Shown one piece after another: positions 47,590 to 55,774 of a stretch of 64,000 nt of DNA. A model generated the notes under the pieces. That model worked only from the letters and a program-made list of their open reading frames with translations. It had not been told where the DNA came from and ran no database searches. The translations under genes and the position numbers were made by a program. Where the stretch lies: IMG/VR virus record IMGVR_UViG_3300027969_003137, positions 23,519 to 87,518 of that record, one strand, 5' to 3'. The stretch comes from a virus. How positions within the stretch are numbered: position 1 is the first letter of the stretch; every line of letters starts with the position of its first letter.

Positions 47590-47946
47590 ATGTCCACTGA
47601 AACTATAGTTCTGTTATCGAACATCACAGCCGAAGCACCTGATTCCACGTATACATACAGCAATAAACAACCGGGTGCTGGATATCATCGTCAAGGTGAT
47701 GGGTTGCACACTGCTGTCTACACGGTTAATGCTTTTATTGGCTCAGTAAAACTTCAAGGCACACTGGCTTTATACCCAGCTGACACCGATTGGTTTGATA
47801 TAGATGGTACAGATATAGGGCTTGGTTCTGATAGTTCTGCATGGACTACTACAAATTCTATTAATTTTACCGGGAATTTTGTATGGCTACGTGCTGCATA
47901 CAATGTACAGAACGGTACTATTACAGAAATCCGATATAATTATTAA
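47590..47946 (+). CDS. Probable virion structural protein
   Basis: TAAATA box upstream; beta-rich, LQGTL...P...DWFDI...FTGNFVWLRA. Confidence 0.65.
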   Translation: MSTETIVLLSNITAEAPDSTYTYSNKQPGAGYHRQGDGLHTAVYTVNAFIGSVKLQGTLALYPADTDWFDIDGTDIGLGSDSSAWTTTNSINFTGNFVWLRAAYNVQNGTITEIRYNY

Positions 47947-47993
47947 CTGATATCATTCGATAAATATAGTATGACCTTACGGAATCGTATTAT

Positions 47994-48332
47994 ATGCTAT
48001 TGAAAGAAATGTTTAGCCCTATGGGCGCACCAAAAGACGAACAGCCTGACATAGATTGGATCGGCGATCTCAAATTCTATATGGATAATAACGATCAAAT
48101 GCTGAACAAGCATTTTTTCCCTGCGGTTAAACGCCATAAAGAGCATCGTGGCAACCCTAATGCTTACAAAATTTACGTTCGTTCACTAGAAGGCTGCTTA
48201 GAAAGCTATTGCGAAAAGTACGAAGTTGAAGATTACAAAGAAAAGTTCCCTAAAGAAAAACTAGAGGAGTTGGCTAAACAAATAGTCACACAACAAGAAA
48301 AGTTTATGGAAAGAGGCGACTACGATAAATGA
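47994..48332 (+). CDS. Hypothetical protein, possible internal head protein
   Basis: N-terminus MLLKEMF; late box upstream. Confidence 0.7.
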   Translation: MLLKEMFSPMGAPKDEQPDIDWIGDLKFYMDNNDQMLNKHFFPAVKRHKEHRGNPNAYKIYVRSLEGCLESYCEKYEVEDYKEKFPKEKLEELAKQIVTQQEKFMERGDYDK

Positions 48333-49222
48333 AGCTTCTAGAATTATTTGAGCAATCGGGAAAAACTGCTGCCGTAGCGTTTGGTAGAATGAACCCACCT
48401 ACGATCGGTCACCAGAAGGTAGTCGAAGCTATCCTAAAACAAAAAGCAGATGCTCATTTTTTATTTGTTTCTCAAACTCATAAGGCAACTGGCAAAAATC
48501 AAACAAGATTAGAAAACCCACTACCCTTTGATATCAAACTGGGATTTATCCAGCAGGCATTTCCTAATATCGATATCGGAGATACATCTGTAAGCACAGC
48601 CATAGGTATTCTTCAGTATTTAGAAAAACAGGGCTTTGAGAATGTGGTCTTTGTATGCGGCTCGGACCGTGTGCCAAGTTTTACAGAATTGTTCAATAAA
48701 CAAAACGGGGTTGATTATAATCTCAAATCAATTAAGATTGTATCAAGCGGTGCTAGGGATCCCGATGCAGAAGGTGCCGAAGGCATGAGCGCAAGCAAAA
48801 TGCGAGCTGCTGCAATTGCTGGTGACATCGACACATTTAAAACAGGATTACCAGCAGGACTAAGTGGTGATGCTGAGGAAGTATTTTCTGCAGTTAGGCA
48901 AGGACTTGAGCCTTGGTTAAAACAAGAAACTGTGCCCGAAGGATGGAAAAGTAAAGTTGCTGGTGCTACATTAGCAGGAGCCGCTGCACTAGGTAGTGGC
49001 GGTGTGTATGCTCAAAGTTCAGGAGAAGATTATCTTCCAGACATAGTTGCACATGTGACATTTGAGGTTAACGGAAAAGAAATATCCAAAGACATCAATT
49101 TAGGAACACAATACAAGTCTCCAAAAGAGGCTTCCCAAGCCCTTGAAAAATTCTTAAAGTCTAAGGGTATTAAATTTTATGATTTTAGTCTTGAACGTGT
49201 AAAACCCAAAGACGATAATTAA
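48329..49222 (+). CDS. Cytidylyltransferase-like (HIGH family) protein with capsid-targeting-like N-terminus and C-terminal add-on module
   Basis: AFGRMNPPTIGH, NPL, VCGSDRV, RDPDAEG..GMSASKMR. Confidence 0.85.
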   Translation: MKLLELFEQSGKTAAVAFGRMNPPTIGHQKVVEAILKQKADAHFLFVSQTHKATGKNQTRLENPLPFDIKLGFIQQAFPNIDIGDTSVSTAIGILQYLEKQGFENVVFVCGSDRVPSFTELFNKQNGVDYNLKSIKIVSSGARDPDAEGAEGMSASKMRAAAIAGDIDTFKTGLPAGLSGDAEEVFSAVRQGLEPWLKQETVPEGWKSKVAGATLAGAAALGSGGVYAQSSGEDYLPDIVAHVTFEVNGKEISKDINLGTQYKSPKEASQALEKFLKSKGIKFYDFSLERVKPKDDN

Positions 49223-49248
49223 TTAAAACGGGTAATAAAGGGATAATC

Positions 49249-50247
49249 ATGAAAGCAAAAGAATTTATTATAGAACTTAAAAAAGAATCAAAGCCTAGAA
49301 ACTTTGTAGCCAAGAACGCCAAGATGGGCGGTGCTGGCCAGCACAAGGATAAAAAGAAAGCTGAAAAACAAGGTGATGTCAAACACAAGAATAAAGAGTA
49401 CGCAGAAAGTGTAGAGGAAGGCTGGAAAGATAAGGTTGCAGCCGCAGGACTTGCTGGTGCAATGGCATTCGGAGCTGGTGGGGCTCATGCTAGAGTTTCT
49501 GGAGATCAAGATCCTAGTATCAATCGATTAACCGGCAAACCTATTGCAACGCAACAAGCAACCGATGTTGCTCCTGCAAAAGCAGAAGCACCTAAAGGAT
49601 TTAGTAAAGAGTATCTACAGTCTGTAGTAGACGGTAAGCATCCAAGACCAATGGTTAGTGTTGAAAAAGCAAAAGAGCTATTGAAGAATATGTCAGAAGG
49701 CTCATTAAAAGAATTGTCTACTGAAAAGCTAGCACAATATAAAAAGGCAGCCTATGCGGATGCCAAACAGTCAGATGCAGACGGAAAGTACGCTCGTGGC
49801 GACAAACGGTTTAGTGGCATTAATAAAGCTACTAGCAAACAGTTTGACAACGATCTTAAGAAACATAGACAGCAAGGTGTGGCGGAGGCCGGTATGTACA
49901 CCAAGCCAGGTAGTCCGTCTGCCTACGATAGAGACTATCGTGCTAGCGTAAGTGGCATGGGTAAGAAAGACTCGTTAGCATATCAACAAGATGGCGGTGC
50001 TAACGACGAATATCCTAGTGAACCTAATCGTCCGTACCAAGCACCTCAAGACAGGCCAGTACTAAAAGGTTATTATTTCTACAATGTACAGCCTGGACAG
50101 GAAGATGATGCTGGAATGTACGGTGTCAAGAAAACTAAGTCAGGCAAGTGGGCAAAAGCCAAGTATTCAACTAGCGGCCGATCATTTGATATGCAGAAAG
50201 ATGGCGCTGATAAAGCATTTGGTGCAGGTAAATGGTGGTCTCTATAA
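49249..50247 (+). CDS. Modular putative internal head polyprotein
   Basis: MKAKEFIIE; modules bounded by VEEG, MSEG, LKEL and QGVAEA. Confidence 0.7.
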   Translation: MKAKEFIIELKKESKPRNFVAKNAKMGGAGQHKDKKKAEKQGDVKHKNKEYAESVEEGWKDKVAAAGLAGAMAFGAGGAHARVSGDQDPSINRLTGKPIATQQATDVAPAKAEAPKGFSKEYLQSVVDGKHPRPMVSVEKAKELLKNMSEGSLKELSTEKLAQYKKAAYADAKQSDADGKYARGDKRFSGINKATSKQFDNDLKKHRQQGVAEAGMYTKPGSPSAYDRDYRASVSGMGKKDSLAYQQDGGANDEYPSEPNRPYQAPQDRPVLKGYYFYNVQPGQEDDAGMYGVKKTKSGKWAKAKYSTSGRSFDMQKDGADKAFGAGKWWSL

Positions 50248-50453
50248 TGGACGAACTTGCTGATATCAAGCGTCTAGCAGGCATTACTGAGTTCAAAGGT
50301 CTACAGCCATACGGCGGCAGCAATATCAGTATTACAGGTATGACCAATCAAGAACTTGAACGCAAGCATGATATTAGACCCGGTTCACCGGAATGGTTTC
50401 AGTTATGGTTTTCAAAACCATATCTAACAGGCGAAAAAAAGGTAGGAAAATAA
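50247..50453 (+). CDS. Hypothetical protein
   Basis: MDELADIKRLAGITE...IRPGSPEWFQLWFSKPYLTGE. Confidence 0.7.
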   Translation: MDELADIKRLAGITEFKGLQPYGGSNISITGMTNQELERKHDIRPGSPEWFQLWFSKPYLTGEKKVGK

Positions 50454-50780
50454 ATGGTTGAGATAACAGAATCAGCAAAATTAAAGATTATAGATCTGCT
50501 GCTAGAAGAAAATAATCCTAAGCTGGCATTGCGCACCTTTGTACAAGGCGGCGGATGCAGTGGCTTTAGCTATGGCTTTACCTTTGATGAAGAAAAGAAC
50601 GAAGACGATTTTGAATTTCCCATCAACGAACAGTACAACGTATTTGTCGATGCGATGAGTATGCAATACTTGCAAGGTGCAGTTATTGATTATAAAGAAG
50701 AAGCAATGGGCAGTCAGTTTGTCATTAGCAACCCTAATGCCCAATCAACTTGCGGATGCGGGAGCAGTTTTTCAGTATGA
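50454..50780 (+). CDS. erpA: A-type Fe-S insertion protein
   Basis: [47 protein letters not shown]. Confidence 0.93.
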   Translation: MVEITESAKLKIIDLLLEENNPKLALRTFVQGGGCSGFSYGFTFDEEKNEDDFEFPINEQYNVFVDAMSMQYLQGAVIDYKEEAMGSQFVISNPNAQSTCGCGSSFSV

Positions 50781-50854
50781 ACCCCAACCAGTATCCAGTG
50801 TATCCAGAAGACGATGGCCACGATCGTTATAGAAATCCCTATTCACCAGTGTGA
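50777..50854 (+). CDS. 25-aa peptide (absent from the ORF track)
   Basis: ATGA overlap with the erpA stop; [25 protein letters not shown]; fills the intergenic gap. Confidence 0.45.
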   Translation: MNPNQYPVYPEDDGHDRYRNPYSPV

Positions 50855-50863
50855 GATTATATT

Positions 50864-51484
50864 ATGAAGATAACAGAAATTTTAATCGAAGGTGTAGCAG
50901 GGCCAAAGAACTGCTGGCCTGGTCATAGAAAAGTTGGCACACAACCTGGCACGGGCAAGAATAAAGGCAAGCGTGTCAACGACTGCGAAAAGATTAAAGA
51001 AGCAGGTTCACCAGCACAGCAGGCAGCTATTGCTATTGCCAAAAAGAAAAAGCAAGGTGTGACGGAAGGCTTACACCAAGAATTTGACATGATTGAAAAC
51101 ATCATTGAACAGATTGCAGAGCAACATGCCGTTGACGTTGACCTTGTATGGGAAGATTTATCAACCCTTACAGATGATGAGCTATATGTGTTTGCAGTAA
51201 CATCAGAGATGGTCAACGAAGATTGGCAAAAGGCCAACAAGCGAGACAAGACTGACGGTATGAGCAAGAAAGCTGTCAATGCCTATCGTAGAGAAAATCC
51301 AGGGTCAAAATTAAAGACTGCGGTGACAACTAAGCCCGGCAAATTAAAGAAAGGTTCAAAGGCCAGCAAGCGCCGATCAAGCTATTGTTCTAGATCAGCC
51401 GGACAACAGAAAATGCATAATATCAGCTGTTCAAAAACTCCTGACAAGGCAATATGTAAAGCAAGGCGTCGTTGGAACTGCTGA
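50864..51484 (+). CDS. Modular putative internal head polyprotein
   Basis: MKITEILIEG; modules CWPGH..VG...VNDC, IKEAGSPAQQAAIAI, QGVTEG, VNEDWQK...RRSSYCSRS...ARRRWNC. Confidence 0.7.
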   Translation: MKITEILIEGVAGPKNCWPGHRKVGTQPGTGKNKGKRVNDCEKIKEAGSPAQQAAIAIAKKKKQGVTEGLHQEFDMIENIIEQIAEQHAVDVDLVWEDLSTLTDDELYVFAVTSEMVNEDWQKANKRDKTDGMSKKAVNAYRRENPGSKLKTAVTTKPGKLKKGSKASKRRSSYCSRSAGQQKMHNISCSKTPDKAICKARRRWNC

Positions 51485-51485
51485 T

Positions 51486-52208
51486 ATGAGAGCGCAAGAG
51501 TTTGTAGTCGAAAAGAAAAAACGTAAGCGTAGACCTCGGTATGCTGCCTACGGTCCGGGCCCTTACGGCGGCTACGGATACTATGCTGGCTACAGCGGAG
51601 ACAGTGGATCCGAAGGTGGCGGCGACGGGGGTGGCGGTGGCGAAAGTATAAATCATGAAGCCTCATACCCTGGCAACATCGGCATGATGGAGTTGGCCAA
51701 GTTTTTTAGTATGGCCGATGAAGAACAAAAAACCATGTTCAAGCAACTGCTAGAGAAAGGCAAGAAGGGCTTGGCTTGGAAACTGGTACAAGACATTGTG
51801 GGTGTTAAACTACAGGGGTCAGAATTCAATGAAGATGCCATGATGGGAAAAATTGAAGACGGCGGAAAAATTGTTCGCATATTAAAAAAACAACACAGCG
51901 TACCGTTTAGCGATGAAAAAAACTGGCTGTTGATTGATACTGATCCTGCCAAAGGCAACAAAGGTCTTGGACTTAAATGGGTTCCGGCAAGTACTAGATT
52001 TACCTGGGTACGTCCTTACAAAGAAACCGTGGATGAAAACTTTGCTGATGGTAAGAATCCGCAGGACAAAGGCGATTCAAAACGTCATGGCATTAATACT
52101 AAAGGATCAGTGAGTAGTCTACGAAAAACTGCCAAACAGGGCGGACGCAAAGGACAACTAGCACACTGGCTGGCCAACATGAAAGCTGGAAGGGCTAAAA
52201 AGAAATGA
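51486..52208 (+). CDS. Modular putative internal head polyprotein
   Basis: MRAQEFVVE; modules EASYPGNIGMME, FNED and VDENFADGKNP...AHWLANMK.G. Confidence 0.7.
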   Translation: MRAQEFVVEKKKRKRRPRYAAYGPGPYGGYGYYAGYSGDSGSEGGGDGGGGGESINHEASYPGNIGMMELAKFFSMADEEQKTMFKQLLEKGKKGLAWKLVQDIVGVKLQGSEFNEDAMMGKIEDGGKIVRILKKQHSVPFSDEKNWLLIDTDPAKGNKGLGLKWVPASTRFTWVRPYKETVDENFADGKNPQDKGDSKRHGINTKGSVSSLRKTAKQGGRKGQLAHWLANMKAGRAKKK

Positions 52209-52360
52209 GAGCTCACGAATTTATTTCTGAAAAACGCAAGATTCCCTTTGCGGGAGCAAAAGTTGGGCACAAAGAAGGCCCAGCAGGGCAGTGGCGCAAC
52301 AAAGGTCCCAAGGCAAATAAGCCCGCTAAACAGGGCGACCTAGTAGGCGGCGCTACTTAA
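52205..52360 (+). CDS. 51-aa basic peptide with capsid-targeting-like N-terminus (absent from the ORF track)
   Basis: MRAHEFISEKRKIPFAGAKVGHKEGPAGQWRNKGPKANKPAKQGDLVGGAT. Confidence 0.7.
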   Translation: MRAHEFISEKRKIPFAGAKVGHKEGPAGQWRNKGPKANKPAKQGDLVGGAT

Positions 52361-52374
52361 CTATAAATAATAGT

Positions 52375-52551
52375 ATGAAACTAAAAGAATTGTTCGAGAC
52401 AGCGTCAGGTATGGGTGCAGGAGATGTTGCTACCTTTATTAAGAACGGTTCTGGAGCGGGCGTGGGTACTCTTTTTGGGGGTAGTTATCAGCAGAAATCT
52501 GCCAAAAAACCCAAGGCAAAGAAGCCTCGCGAAAGTATATTAAGAAGATAA
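52375..52551 (+). CDS. 58-aa basic peptide with capsid-targeting-like N-terminus (absent from the ORF track)
   Basis: TATAAATA box, then MKLKELFETASGMGAGDVATF...KKPRESILRR. Confidence 0.7.
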   Translation: MKLKELFETASGMGAGDVATFIKNGSGAGVGTLFGGSYQQKSAKKPKAKKPRESILRR

Positions 52552-52558
52552 ATATAGT

Positions 52559-52861
52559 ATGGACTTTAAAAAACCCGATCACGAAGCAGAAATGGCAAAA
52601 GCAGAACTAGCTCAGATAGCTAAAAATGCTATGGCCATTTATCGTATGATCAAAGAAGGCGACGAGTTAGATGGTTGGATCAGCAGTTATATCTCTGTGG
52701 CCAACGATCATTTAAATTCTGTTCACGAGAAGATGGATTACGAATCTCAAGCACATGGTGCTGTTAATCAAGGTCCTAGAGAATTTGAAGAATCAACGCA
52801 GTACCAAATTAAAAGCAATCTGTGCGAACAGTGGCTAGAGAAAAAATATCAAGGAAGATAA
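52559..52861 (+). CDS. Hypothetical late protein
   Basis: DHEAEMAKAEL...ELDGWISSYISVANDHLNSV; late box upstream. Confidence 0.75.
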   Translation: MDFKKPDHEAEMAKAELAQIAKNAMAIYRMIKEGDELDGWISSYISVANDHLNSVHEKMDYESQAHGAVNQGPREFEESTQYQIKSNLCEQWLEKKYQGR

Positions 52862-52863
52862 AA

Positions 52864-53901
52864 ATGGATTTTAAATCAATCATCAGCAAACTAGACAGCA
52901 TGGAAGCACCTCCACAGACTCCTGCTGCTCCTAAATTGGATAAAGCTGTTCAACTAAACGAAGATGCACAATTGCGTGTACTAAGTGGTCGTTCTACATA
53001 CGTTGCAGAAGCCAAGAAAAAGGCCGAAGAAGATGTCAAAGAAGAAATGAAAGTTGGCGACAAAAAGGCTAGTTCTACAGGTGGCACTATTGAAAAGACA
53101 GCTACTGGTATCAAGCACACAGCTGGCAAGAACTATGGTGGCGATAAGGCTCCTAAAGATGACGACAGTGATGACGAGCCAAAAGCTAAGAAAGCCAAAA
53201 AAGAAAGCATTGAGCCACAATTCAAATCTAAGTTCATGAAGATGGTGGAAGCGGCTAAAGAAGAAAGCGAAGCTGATGCCAAGAAGAAAAAAGAAGACAA
53301 GAAAAAGAAAATGGCCAAGATCATGGACGAAGGTGCTAAGCCAGACTTTCTAGACATGGACAAAGACGGTGACAAGAAAGAGCCAATGAAAAAAGCTGCC
53401 GGTGACAAAGGCGGAGACAAGAAAGACGGCAAGAAAGGTATGAGTGCTGCTCAAGCCAAGTACTTTGGTAAGAAAGAATCAGTTGAAGAAGCTGCTGAAA
53501 TGAAAACTGGTGATAAGAAAAAGTCTTCCACAGGCGGCACAATTGAAAAAACTGCCACTGGTGTCAAGCATACAGCTGGTAAGAACTATAGCGGCAAGGC
53601 AGCAGAAGCTGACAAAAAGAAAACTGACGAAAGCAAGATGATGCCAAAAGGCAAGAAGCGTCCTGTTAAAGAATCAATTGAAAACATTTTATCATTCAAA
53701 GACATGATCAAACTTGTGCAAGAGAGTGGTGGACAACAACAAATTGATGCAGTTGATCAAGAATTGTTTTCTTGGGCTCAACGTGTTGCCAAACAAAAAA
53801 TTGGTGAAGGCCTAAAAGCCGATGTGTATGCAGGTATGGTATATGAGCGTATGGGTGGCGTATTCGAAATGTACGATGTACTAAGCGAAGACCAAAAGTA
53901 A
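52864..53901 (+). CDS. Lys/Glu-rich prohead core/internal-type protein with internal duplication
   Basis: Two copies of EMKxGDKKxSSTGGTIEKTATGxKHTAGKNY; KPDFLDMDKDGDKKEPMK. Confidence 0.7.
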   Translation: MDFKSIISKLDSMEAPPQTPAAPKLDKAVQLNEDAQLRVLSGRSTYVAEAKKKAEEDVKEEMKVGDKKASSTGGTIEKTATGIKHTAGKNYGGDKAPKDDDSDDEPKAKKAKKESIEPQFKSKFMKMVEAAKEESEADAKKKKEDKKKKMAKIMDEGAKPDFLDMDKDGDKKEPMKKAAGDKGGDKKDGKKGMSAAQAKYFGKKESVEEAAEMKTGDKKKSSTGGTIEKTATGVKHTAGKNYSGKAAEADKKKTDESKMMPKGKKRPVKESIENILSFKDMIKLVQESGGQQQIDAVDQELFSWAQRVAKQKIGEGLKADVYAGMVYERMGGVFEMYDVLSEDQK

Positions 53902-53919
53902 TTTAACCAATCGCACTCA

Positions 53920-53953
53920 AAAGCCGGCAATTTAGTTGACCGGCTTTTTCTTT
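53920..53953 (+). terminator. Intrinsic terminator ending the late block
   Basis: AAAGCCGG...CCGGCTTT followed by TTCTTT. Confidence 0.75.
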
Positions 53954-53964
53954 GACTATATAAT
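53936..53964 (+). promoter_or_regulatory. Sigma70 promoter overlapping the terminator
   Basis: TTGACC-17 nt-TATAAT. Confidence 0.75.
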
Positions 53965-53983
53965 AGCTGTATAGGAGAAAATT

Positions 53984-54247
53984 ATGTCAACTAGAATGTA
54001 CGGTCCCGAAGAAAAAGCAAAACTAGAACGTCTTATCAACGAAGGCGGAAATGTGTTGCGTGAATTAGAAGATCTCAAAGAGGGCCTTAAAGAAACTGTT
54101 AAAGCTGTTGCAGAAGAATTACAAATCAAACCATCAGTTATTAACAAAGCAATTGCTATTGCACATAAAGACAACTGGAAAGATCACGAACAAGAATGGA
54201 ATGACATCGAAATGATTCTCGGTGTGACTAAACGCCTGCCTGAATAA
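53984..54247 (+). CDS. Small dsDNA-binding protein (T4 DsbA/GapR-like)
   Basis: Coiled coil EDLKEGLKETVKAVAEELQIKPSVINKAIAIAHK. Confidence 0.6.
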   Translation: MSTRMYGPEEKAKLERLINEGGNVLRELEDLKEGLKETVKAVAEELQIKPSVINKAIAIAHKDNWKDHEQEWNDIEMILGVTKRLPE

Positions 54248-54258
54248 CTAGGCATAAA

Positions 54259-55389
54259 TTGACTCAATCTAATTATTGTGCGGCAATTTATAAGGGACTG
54301 TATGTTTCTGCCGAATCTAATAACCAAGCCAAGATAAGCGCCTGTTGTGTTAACCAAACAGGACCAGCAACATCTGTAATCGATTTTCATAAAGATGTAT
54401 ATCTAACCAATCAACGTGAAGAGTTCAACAAAGGCAATAGACCTAGTAATTGTGACTTCTGTTGGCGCAAAGAAGATGCAGGATTGTCTAGTCGTAGAGA
54501 AAGAAGTATTATTAAACCGTCGGAAGATCCCTATGAAGTTGAATTGTTAACAATGCACTATAATGTTGCTCCGTTATGCAATGCCAAATGTATTACCTGT
54601 GGAAGTCAGTGGAGTAGTGCTTGGGCTGCAGAGGACGAGAAGTTTAATACTGTAGGCGTTGACTTTCGCAGTTTTAATCAAATACGTAAATCTGACCCAG
54701 AATTTAATGTGGACTTTAGCAAGCTAACACAGATTTACTTCAACGGGGGCGAGCCGTTCCTAAGCACAGATGTCAATAGGATCTTAACCAAAGTTAAAGA
54801 ACAACAGGGCTCGTTAGACAAATTGAGCCTAGTGGTCAATACTAATTGTAGCATCATGCCTACTAAGAAAGATGTAGCTCTTTGGAACAAATGTAAGTCT
54901 ATATCTCTAATCTGTAGTGTTGAAGCAGTAGGTGCGCAGTTTGAATATATACGCTATCCATTAAGTTGGGATGAAGTATCTCACAATGTAGATAACTTTG
55001 GCTCACTATTTGATAAACAGCTAGTAATTAATATATCCCCTAATCTAGGAGTACATAATGCTCTAGAGTTTGACAATCTAGTTAATTGGTTCAATGGCCT
55101 TGCACAGGATAATACTACCTATATACTAAATCCAGAACTAACTGTAGGAACGTTATCATTTGACACAGTATCTGCTGATGTTAAAGCGGCCATGCTAGAA
55201 ATTATACCCACAGGACAGCAGTTTGATAAACTCAGACTATTTGTTCAAACGAGTACAAATGGTAATAACTCCAGATGGATTAACACACTTAATAATATAG
55301 ACTATAGACGTGGTCTAAACTGGGCTGAAGTGTTTCCAGAACTATCTAGACTAATACAACAGAATTCAACAGTTGACAATATTAAATAA
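54259..55389 (+). CDS. Radical SAM protein with N-terminal twitch/SPASM-like domain
   Basis: CNAKCITC (CxxxCxxC), FNGGEPF, VNTN; N-terminal C...CC...CDFCW; TTG start. Confidence 0.88.
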   Translation: MTQSNYCAAIYKGLYVSAESNNQAKISACCVNQTGPATSVIDFHKDVYLTNQREEFNKGNRPSNCDFCWRKEDAGLSSRRERSIIKPSEDPYEVELLTMHYNVAPLCNAKCITCGSQWSSAWAAEDEKFNTVGVDFRSFNQIRKSDPEFNVDFSKLTQIYFNGGEPFLSTDVNRILTKVKEQQGSLDKLSLVVNTNCSIMPTKKDVALWNKCKSISLICSVEAVGAQFEYIRYPLSWDEVSHNVDNFGSLFDKQLVINISPNLGVHNALEFDNLVNWFNGLAQDNTTYILNPELTVGTLSFDTVSADVKAAMLEIIPTGQQFDKLRLFVQTSTNGNNSRWINTLNNIDYRRGLNWAEVFPELSRLIQQNSTVDNIK

Positions 55390-55401
55390 TGATAGTACAA
55401 T
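55373..55401 (+). promoter_or_regulatory. Sigma70 promoter (leaderless)
   Basis: TTGACA-17 nt-TACAAT; ATG at 55409. Confidence 0.8.
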
Positions 55402-55408
55402 TAACTTT

Positions 55409-55699
55409 ATGAATGATTTATTAAAACCTACATTTGATTGGATACAAGATGACTTTAAGTCTAACAGGATTCGCTTTTTTATTGAGTTGCTTGCTTGGGC
55501 TATTAGTATTGGTTGCAGTATTACTATGGCAATTACAGTCCCAAACCCTCCGCTTCTTGCTCTTTATCCCGTTTGGATCACTGGCTGTGCTTTGTATGCT
55601 TGGGCTTCTTGGACTAGGAAATCTTTTGGCATGTTGGCTAACTATATACTGCTAACCACTATTGATACAATTGGTCTAGCAAGAATGCTAATTAATTAA
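55409..55699 (+). CDS. Small three-TM membrane protein
   Basis: Three hydrophobic segments. Confidence 0.75.
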   Translation: MNDLLKPTFDWIQDDFKSNRIRFFIELLAWAISIGCSITMAITVPNPPLLALYPVWITGCALYAWASWTRKSFGMLANYILLTTIDTIGLARMLIN

Positions 55700-55744
55700 A
55701 TAAAGTAAGAAGGTAGGCGTGGCCACAAACCGCACATTGGTATT

Positions 55745-55769
55745 TGCAAGCCCTAAATTGCATAGGAGA
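55745..55769 (+). promoter_or_regulatory. Hairpin abutting the DNA polymerase SD (candidate translational operator)
   Basis: TGCAA-GCCCTAAA-TTGCA, then TAGGAGA and a TTG start. Confidence 0.5.
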
Positions 55770-55774
55770 AAAAT

